DNA from: Patellaria atrata CBS 101060
Lineage: Eukaryota
Length of the DNA stretch: 20,000 nucleotides
Assembly (NCBI GenBank): GCA_010093705.1
Contig: MU006097.1
Location: forward strand, 52,865 to 72,864
Direction: 5' to 3'
Each line of letters begins with the position of its first letter. Positions within the stretch are counted from its first letter, which is position 1. Positions 10,200 to 18,196 of this stretch are shown here, in pieces. Under the pieces are notes generated by a model that was given only the letters and a program-made list of their open reading frames with translations, searched no databases and had not been told where the DNA came from. The position numbers were made by a program, and so were the translations under genes.

Positions 10200-11285
10200 A
10201 TGACCCTCCCCAACTCCAAAAAGCGCAGAGCTCCCAGCTCCCCATCTCCCACCCGCGACGTACGACGAAAGCTCTCCTCAACGCATCCATCCACCCTCTC
10301 GCCCGACTCCAGCCACGCACCATCCTCACCTCCCGCAAACACCTCCACCTCCGCCTCCCCCTCTCCCTCCTCATCAACAAGTCTACCATCCGCATTAGAC
10401 TCGTCTATACTAGTCGACAGCTCACCGTCACCGCCACCCTACTCCTCCTCCTCCTCGCCATCCTCCAGTTCCTCAGAAGCATCCAGCTCCTCAGTCTCCT
10501 CGCACAACTCAGTCCGCAGGAGCAACCTGCTACCCTTCCGCTCCGAATCGCCCTCGAGCTCCTCAAGCGCGGACGACTCATCCCTCGTCTCAAATTCCTC
10601 TATACCTCCGACATCGTCCATACCTCCCAGTTCTTCTATTCCCCCAACCTCATCTATATCACCAACCTCGTCAATATCTCCGAGCTCCCCTTCCCCATCT
10701 CCCTCCCCCTCCCCTTCCTCCGAAAAAGAAGAAGAAAAAGAAAAAGAAGAACGAGAAGAACGAGAAGAAGAAGATCCCATCCCCCAAACGTCCCTACACC
10801 TCCCCCCCCTCCCCACCCTGCTATCCTCCACCCTACCCCTCCAAGCGAAACTCAAATCCTTCATCCCCTCCCTCGCGGCTGCAAACCGCGCCCTAGAAAT
10901 CGCACGCACCGAAAACCGCCTGTCCGACCAACGATTTGAAATCTCTGTCACCTCCGCTTCTTCCTCTGCTTCTTCCTCCGCTTCTTCCTCCGCTTCTTCC
11001 TCCGCTTCCTCCTCTACCTCTGATTCCGGCGACAACAACCCGAAGAGGAAGAGGAAGAACAAGAAGAAAAGAAAACCCTACATCGAGATGAACCTAGCCC
11101 TCGGTGTTCTGGAGCACAAGAACAGAGAGCAAAATCTCATCACGGGGATCCTCGATGCCGCGTCTGAGTTCAGGGAGGAGGAGGCGGAGGACGGGACGAG
11201 GGATGTGTTAGCGCGGTTGATGGGGAAGAGGCAGAAGAAGAGGAAGGGGAAGAAGGGGAGGGTTGGGATTGAGGAGGTTGAGTAG
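10200..11285 (+). CDS. NOPCHAP1/DUF4598-like protein (box C/D snoRNP assembly chaperone family) with long Ser/Pro-rich N-terminus (~361 aa)
   Basis: Intronless ORF from ATG 10200. The conserved blocks L..KLKSFIPSLAAANRALE and PYIEMNLALGVLE, plus the C-terminal IEEV, resemble DUF4598/NOPCHAP1. The rest is low-complexity Ser/Pro/Lys/Glu. Confidence 0.72.
   Translation: MTLPNSKKRRAPSSPSPTRDVRRKLSSTHPSTLSPDSSHAPSSPPANTSTSASPSPSSSTSLPSALDSSILVDSSPSPPPYSSSSSPSSSSSEASSSSVSSHNSVRRSNLLPFRSESPSSSSSADDSSLVSNSSIPPTSSIPPSSSIPPTSSISPTSSISPSSPSPSPSPSPSSEKEEEKEKEEREEREEEDPIPQTSLHLPPLPTLLSSTLPLQAKLKSFIPSLAAANRALEIARTENRLSDQRFEISVTSASSSASSSASSSASSSASSSTSDSGDNNPKRKRKNKKKRKPYIEMNLALGVLEHKNREQNLITGILDAASEFREEEAEDGTRDVLARLMGKRQKKRKGKKGRVGIEEVE
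10596..10685 (+). repeat. Coding minisatellite, 5 x 18 nt (SSI[PS]P[TS])
   Basis: Units tcctctatacctccgaca, tcgtccatacctcccagt, tcttctattcccccaacc, tcatctatatcaccaacc and tcgtcaatatctccgagc, followed by an (SP)n tract. Confidence 0.85.
10953..11012 (+). repeat. Coding minisatellite, 5 x 12 nt (SASS)
   Basis: Near-perfect tandem copies of tccgcttcttcc. Confidence 0.9.
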
Positions 11286-11681
11286 TTGGAGGAGTTTAAG
11301 GGAGGGAAAAGGGGGGGTTTTATGTAGTTCTAACTCGAATGGTTTACATACCAAAGCGGGGTTCTCATTGCACATTATCAACATCACTTCGCAAAAATGG
11401 ATCTGGTTTACTAATCACTCGCACTAGCATTGATCAAACCGTGAAAAAGCAACTACCTGAAAACGCACGATCCACAACAAAGACAATTCGGCCCTGAATC
11501 CCCATTTTGCATCATCCAGTTCCCATTACTTCCACCACCCATTTCAAGACTCAAATAGAAAAGGGGAAAAACAAATCAATCAGCACACGTTGCGCTGTGG
11601 TATCATGGCATACAAAACAATGATCCAAAGAAACTACCTCACTTCCTAAGCCAGTCGTTTTCTCTGTCCTTAATTGTCCCA

Positions 11682-14572
11682 TTAAACATTACCGCTCAAG
11701 ACAGGGTTGTTGGCGCCCAACAAGGTGCCAGTTCCGCCCTGGGGCTTGCCGTTGGTGGCGCTTCCGTTGGTGTGTGTGTTGTCCACTCCCTTCAAGGAAT
11801 AATCCTGACCGCGGCTATCAAAAGACTGGTCCACCTGGTTAGCGAAGCCCGACGAAGTGGTTCCGATGCTCTGACCTTGCGCGTTATTTGGCTTAGCACC
11901 AGCGAAGTTGGAATGACTATCATCGAGATTGCTACCACCACGGACACCTCCGCTGGTGACGTTGTGAGGCTTCCTCTGGACCTGCCTGACGCTAGGGAGG
12001 TTGGAAGACTCCTTAGCAGACCCAATGCTGAAGACAGGAGATTCCCATTTGTCACCCTTGGCTGCAAGCTCCTTGTATTCAGTAGCCTTGGTGGAGATAC
12101 CGCCAGGGAGTTCGATGTGCTTGAACATGGAGTCGTGTTGGGTGACAGCCATATTGACCTTCTTGTCGGCAACAGCCTCCTTGGCCTCTTCCTTCTTCTG
12201 TTTGCCTTTCATGATTTGCTGGTTGGCGGCCGAGAGGTAGCGTTGGTAGATGTTTTGAGCGTTCTCGGGACTAGGGTTGCGCTTGAAATCAGCTTCGGCA
12301 CGGTCGACTTCCTTCTTGACTTCGAAGAGAATACCATCAAGCTGATGGATATTGTCCTTGATCTGCTTCTCCAAGACCTTCTCGATGACTGGTCGAATAA
12401 CCTTCAGAAGAAGTGGCTTGAAGAGGCTGAACAGAAGCTTATGATTGGACTTCTTAACCTTGATGTTAGGATGCTTGACATCAACGGACACCTTGTCAAC
12501 CTTGAAGAAATGTGCGTTATCGGACGAGTCAGCGGTCTCCATCTCAACCTTGAAGCTGAAACCTTGGCCTCCGAGGTAGACGTCGACGACACCCTTGTCG
12601 GTGATGGAAGGGAAGCCTTGCTTCCTCTTGACATAGTAACTAACGTCTCTCAAGTCACACTGGACACCGGAAACCGATAGCATGACCTTGTTCTTGTTCT
12701 TGCTAGTAATCTTCTTGCGTCCCCAGCGCCAGTAGTTATCGCTGCCGAATTCGAGAACGTTGGGAGCAAGGTTATCACCCTCGATGACTAGGTTCTCAAC
12801 AATAGCATCGAATTGAGGATCGGTGTACTCGATACGAGGGATAGGAACATAACGGATATTCTCAAAGACCGCCGGAAGAATAACATCACTGATGTCCTTG
12901 AGGAGATGAGGTTTGAACGTAGCATTTCCGTTCTCGTCGTTTCCAAGATCCTTGAACAACTTGTTCACAGCATTGGCCAATGCCGTGTTCTGCGGATCCT
13001 CGTCGAATTGGTTTCCGATGAACTTGAACTCGTCAAGGATACGGTCGGTATGGTTCCTGTAACGATCACGGAGCAAGAAATGACCTTGATCGTAGATGTC
13101 GTTCCATTCATCGGTCGCTTGGTCTTGCATGATGTAACCCTGTTCTTTGAGGACCTTGCGGATATAATGATCCAGACGCTTGAACCAGTTCTTGAGGTCC
13201 GGATCACGGTCAGCATCACGGTAGATTTGATCGATGGATTCGAAAAGATCATCGAATGAAGTGCTGTTGGCAAAACGTTCGAGGAGTGTCTTGAGTTTTG
13301 TCAGCATTGGTCTATTTTGTGCAGCGAATTCTGTGAGTACGCACCCTAAGATCAGCTTCTGCCTTGTGTAAAGGATCGTTTCCGGTGTGGGCACCTTTGA
13401 CGGTTTCTGATCCTTGCTGAGCAAGGTTCTGACCATGGCCAGTATATTCCTCTGCCAAACGAAGTAGCGTGTCAATGGCTTGAAGATCTAACTTTCGTCA
13501 GTATAGTGAGGTGAAATGAAGATAGAATGGATTACTTACAATCCTGGTGGCCTTGGATTTCAACCACCATCTTCTTCAACCTCCAGATGGTCTGGTCGCG
13601 ACGCTCTTCCGGCATCTTATCCTTGAGATAATTGTGAGTCCTGTTCTTGACATCACGTCCCTTATCCTTGGTGTCTTCTGGGAACTTTTCGTGGGCTGCT
13701 TCTCGCAGAGTGTCAATACCGGCCCTAGCACCTTGTTGTGCGTCTAGGTTCGGTGTTTGACCCTGTTGTCGTTGGCGAGCAGCAAGATCAGCGGCCTCGG
13801 CAGGGTCACGGGATCCCTCGGGATGAGCGGTCTGAGTGGCATTTCCAGCAGCCCTGTCAAGATCCTCTTTATCGAACGGCTTTTGCTTGTTGAATTGGTC
13901 CTTAGCCTGCTGTTTGAGATCAGCTCGATGGGGAACGTCGTGCCATGTGTTGTCTTCTGCGGGTTCATCGATCTGTCGAAGCTGGTCCTCACCGGGATTG
14001 ACTTTGTTAGCAGCTTTGGTAGCTGCGTCGCCTGCAATTGAGCGGAGCAGAATAGCAGCATCGTTCACTTGGACATATCAGTAAATTGAAAGTGGGGTGT
14101 GGTTTTGATATGAAAGTGACTTACAAAGTTTACGGAACTGTCCATTGGAGATGATCAAGGTTCCCAAAGTCCTCAAGCCTTCGAGGGCTTCGTTTCCGTG
14201 CTGTTTGGCGGTTTCCTTGTCGACTGGGGCATTGGGTGTAGAGGCAGTACCGGAGTTAACCTGCTGGGTCTGCCAGATAAAGTCCTGGAGAAGATTGCCC
14301 TCATTCTTGGTGAGAAGAAGGATTTTGGCCTGTTCAATGACTTCGCGGACGTCGGCAACGAGCTTCTGGCCTTCCGCTGAGAGCTTGTTGGATGGCTTTC
14401 CAAGAGCTTTTGATTCAAGGGCGGAGTTTAGGGCGACATCAATCTGTTTGTTTGATGGAACCTTGCCATTGGAAAAGGCAGAGAAGATGCCATATAGCTG
14501 TAGCTTGGTGTTGATATCCTTCTCCTTGATGGCGTTATTTGTGGGCACGTTCACAGCGGCGCTTGAAGTCAT
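11682..14572 (-). CDS. DUF4449/HAM1-like large fungal protein with BPI/TULIP-like C-terminal region (similar in type to S. pombe C32A11.02c; ~908 aa)
   Basis: Exons 14572-14125, 14067-13540, 13487-13345 and 13289-11682 join in frame (2727 nt). Motifs KLQLYGIFSAFSNGKVPSNKQID, KNEGNLLQDFIW, LRTLGTLIISNGQFRKLL.DA, RLKKMVVEIQGH, YVPIPRIEY.D and GGISTKATEYKELA.KG.KWESPVFSIG. Strong codon bias. Confidence 0.82.
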
Positions 14573-16818
14573 GATTGCGATATGACGAGGTTAGTATTGA
14601 TCAGTGAGTTAAATGTGTGTTTGCGTGTTTTGGGTCGTAGGTGTAAACGCAATGCTTGACTGGGTATCTCTAAAAAACAAAACGTGATGGTATTTTGATG
14701 ATGGAGGAAAATTGAGGAGAGAAAAAGGGTAATTGTAGGTCAAGGGAAGAGAGAATTTATTTGGACGCGAGGGAGACGAAAAGCTCTTAGTCCCTTTAGC
14801 TAGGTTCCCAGTTACGAGGTTGGTTTTGTGTGGGAAGGTGCGATGGGGTCACAAGCACGAACAAGCAACAACAAGGTAAGGTGAACGTCATCGACCCATC
14901 AGCCAATCACCTTGACTATTACGATTACCGGGAAGAAAACAAGACAGAGAGCAAATTTCTTTAAACTACCAGAGTCCATCAGTCTATACCTCTTCTTTGC
15001 CTAGATTCAACATGAGAGACTCCCGATCTGGACAGAAGATGACGCCTAGCGGGAATCCGTAAACCGAGAGTTTCCCATGCAGATGTTGCGGATGATGATG
15101 GCCCCTCGACCAGGAGGGGGAAGCCTGCCACTTTTTGCTAGATCTACACCAGGAAATTTCCCTAGTAACCCTCTTGGCCACTACTTCATCCCTCAAGTTT
15201 CAACATCAACAATTCATCGATCAATGATGATAATAGCAGTGCTGGGCCGATAACCAGCACACGCCAGCAATAATAGAGTCTGACTCTTGTTGTGGGTTCT
15301 CAACGAGCGGTAAAAAGGTTCTCTAAGTTCAGGTATGAGGTCATTCCTCTTGATGTTTAACTTTTTAGGATTTTCATGGGAAGAAATGGCCTGGTTCGCA
15401 TTGAACAAGGCAAGCCACACAGCGCAGAAAGTTGCTTTGACGCTAACCCAACGTTAAGACATCAGACGCCACGCAATATCAAAGCTAATTCTACTTGTAC
15501 ATCATACAATCATACATCGAATCTTGCAGAAATTTCCAAGAATTGACATGTCCTTCTCCTACTTCTTTTTTTCCTTCGCCTCTGTTCATCAAGATCTACA
15601 CCCAAATTCCAGATGTCCGTATGACAATAAACGGTACACGTCAGATACCAGACTCTGGACTCTTTGACCAAAGCGGGGTTTGAGGCGAGACGTTATGCAC
15701 ATAATCTATGTTCATGCAAGCTTCAGTCTGTAAACTGCAAGATAGATGTACAGTACTTGTACCATCGTGCCGGTTTTGATGTCAAACCTAATGACGGAGA
15801 ATATCTACGGGAGCATATGAAGGTATATGAAGGTACAGGAGAAATACTGTACAAGTACCAGCAACTACCAATCTCTAGACATAACATCACCTCGACGTCG
15901 TGTTTGCTCAGTCTCGATTCTCAATCCTTGCTCTTAAGATCTGCTTGTTGTGCAACATGTGGGGCAAGGCCAACAGGAAACATGTCCGTCAGGGTGGAAT
16001 TAAAACCGGTGTTTTCACTATAAACATCTAGTATGAACCATACCAAAAAAAACACACCCGGTTTGTACTGGCTTTGTATCACACGTGACTGACTAACCTA
16101 AAAGGGCTGAGATATATTCTATTTCCAGAAGCTTAGCCCCTAAGGGTCTAGTATAAAAAGCTAGTGTATATATTACTAATAGTCTTGGCAATAATTTTCA
16201 GTCCTTCAGCACCGGGTTTATACCTGGTTAAATTTAGTTTAGACCAGTTTGGAATAAACCAGACCTCCACCCTAACGTCCGCTCTCATGTCCTCGGGCAT
16301 TGTGGCTCATCACTAACCTCTTTATCAATGTGGGATGCCATACAATTGGAATCAACTCCCTACCTACAAGTGAAATAAATACTCTCTACTCTGTTCTCTC
16401 TAAAATACAGTGGTACTCTTATTCCACGTTGTTGTGGCTGGTGGAATGACGATACCGAGCATGAGTAGCGTGCACGGCAGGTAAGTACCGGACAATGGAA
16501 ACACAAACTCACTAGTATTTTATTCACACAATTCTTCTATTTGTATGATATATCTTCCTACTTCAATTTCAAATTGTAGTTCTTCTACTAGTGACCTTTA
16601 AGAGATACTGTACAGAAATATCACATGAAGGAATGCTTAACGGAAGTACCTTTCACCTTTGTCAATCAACAAGAACAAAATTACCTTAAATGCTTACCTC
16701 TCCACAATGTCAGAAAATGGACTGCATACACCATGTTATCGTCACTCAGAGCATCCAATTATTCCGCTAGTGAACCTTTAACTGAGGGAAGAAAAGTTGC
16801 GAAAAGAAGAAGGGTTAA

Positions 16819-16918
16819 NNNNNNNNNNNNNNNNNNNNNNNNNNNNNNNNNNNNNNNNNNNNNNNNNNNNNNNNNNNNNNNNNNNNNNNNNNNNNNNNNN
16901 NNNNNNNNNNNNNNNNNN
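16819..16918. other. Assembly/scaffold gap (100 N)
   Basis: Run of exactly 100 N, the usual placeholder for a gap of unknown size. Confidence 0.98.
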
Positions 16919-17054
16919 GACGGCGTGGCATGATGGAACCAAGGTTGAAAAAGCATCGTTAAGACATATCATTTCTCAGAAAATACTCCATCTCGAACCG
17001 CCTTCTGCAGTCTAACCTAGAACACCAGATGGTATAGTAAATCATTCTATCCGT

Positions 17055-17805
17055 TCATTTCCCTAATGTCAAAAACAGTCTGTCACCAACATCACCAAGG
17101 CCAGGTTTGATCATGCCTTTACTATCCGTTTCCTTATCACATCCTCCAGTCCATATTTCCACACCTTCACTCCATTCTTCTGCAGCTCTCTTCAAACCGT
17201 GTTCGCTAGACAGAACGCTAAGCATGATGATTTTGTGTACCCCCCAATCCTTCAACGTATCGATAGCCGCGCAAGCAGTGGCTCCAGTAGCGATAACTGG
17301 GTCAACGATTATTGCCAGATCGCATGGTCCAGAGGCTGTGGGATTCGCTTCCGTCGGCCGATGATAAGGTAGATTATTGTAGTACTCGACTGGATCTAGT
17401 GTGGTCTTCTCCCGATACAACCCCAGGTGATGGATTGGAACGGGAGAAGGTAGCAATGAGCATACAGCATCTACCATACCTAGCCCGCTACGGAGAATAG
17501 GAACAATTGATATCGAGGCAGGAGAGATCGTATCAACGGCATACTCGTAGCCTAACGGTGATTTATCCTGGTATCAGTCAGCAAATTCCGCGCCGGAACA
17601 TTACATCCCAAGGACAAGCATGACTTACGGTACCGCTCTGTGTAGTCTTCAAAGACGCGCCTAGAGCTTCACACGCCACTATGGTAGCTATATCGTTTAT
17701 AAGACCCCTCGTTTCCTTCGCGTTGGTGGCATGTGATCGGAGCTGGGAGAGCTTCGCCCGGAGACACGGGTGGGTTGATACATGAACGTTCGAAGGGAGA
17801 GACAT
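17055..17805 (-). CDS. Uracil phosphoribosyltransferase, Upp-like (~229 aa)
   Basis: Exon 1 17805-17629, intron 17628-17568 (GTAAGT...CTGAC...CAG), exon 2 17567-17055. Motifs HPCLRAKLSQLR, VPILRSGLGM, LGLYREKTTL.PVEYY, the PRPP loop IIVDPVIATGAT and IKPGLGDVGDRLF. Confidence 0.92.
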
Positions 17806-18196
17806 TATGGTTTATGATTAGGATCTAGTTAGAAGAACAGTTACAGTGTGAAGCAGGTGTTCCGCTGTATCAAGTTATCGCGGAGATTTAAGTGGTGAGT
17901 GATATGGAGTATGGAGCTTGGGGCAGAGGGTTACGGACACGGACCCTCTAGATGCGGAATGTGGCGGGGAGTTGGCGGGGAGTTGACGAGAGCGGGTACC
18001 TTGCCTTATCAAGGTCCAGGTACCCACGTGTGAGCTACAGTAGATCAATGACGATGATCCAAACCATCCACTTCACTGACAATGCGCAAAGTTTGTTGAT
18101 GGATACCACATACTGACAATTGACTCAACTTCATCAATCAGAACTTCAATTGAGACTTAGTCATGCTCTAGCATCGCAAACGCTCCCGGAACGGTG
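17806..18196. promoter_or_regulatory. Divergent promoter region between UPRT and FEX
   Basis: 391 bp between head-to-head ATGs. Contains tandem tggcggggagt x2 (17962-17983), an inverted repeat (17994-18025), CACGTG (18025-18030), TGACTCA (18121-18127) and TTAGTCA (18157-18163). Confidence 0.55.

Noticed and set aside
10031..11062. Overlapping alternative-frame (302 aa) and antisense (207 aa) ORFs
   Set aside because: Low-complexity C-rich repeats lack stop codons in several frames; only the 10200 frame carries conserved motifs.
11772..13259. Long antisense ORFs (302 aa and 148 aa) opposite the DUF4449 gene
   Set aside because: Expected by-product of strong codon bias on the coding strand; no recognisable motifs.
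14984..16023. Short ORFs upstream of the DUF4449 gene
   Set aside because: Mostly non-ATG starts with no similarity I recognise; likely non-coding promoter or intergenic DNA.
16406..16612. Possible Tc1/mariner-type MITE bounded by tacagtggtactctta and taagagatactgta
   Set aside because: The terminal match is too short and gapped to distinguish from chance.
16625..17015. ORFs spanning the N run
   Set aside because: Artefacts of translating through the assembly gap.
17806..18196. Fluoride (crcB) riboswitch upstream of FEX
   Set aside because: I could not find the bacterial consensus (GGCGAUGG.GUUCGCC...CUGAUGAC). An Infernal search with the crcB model would be decisive.
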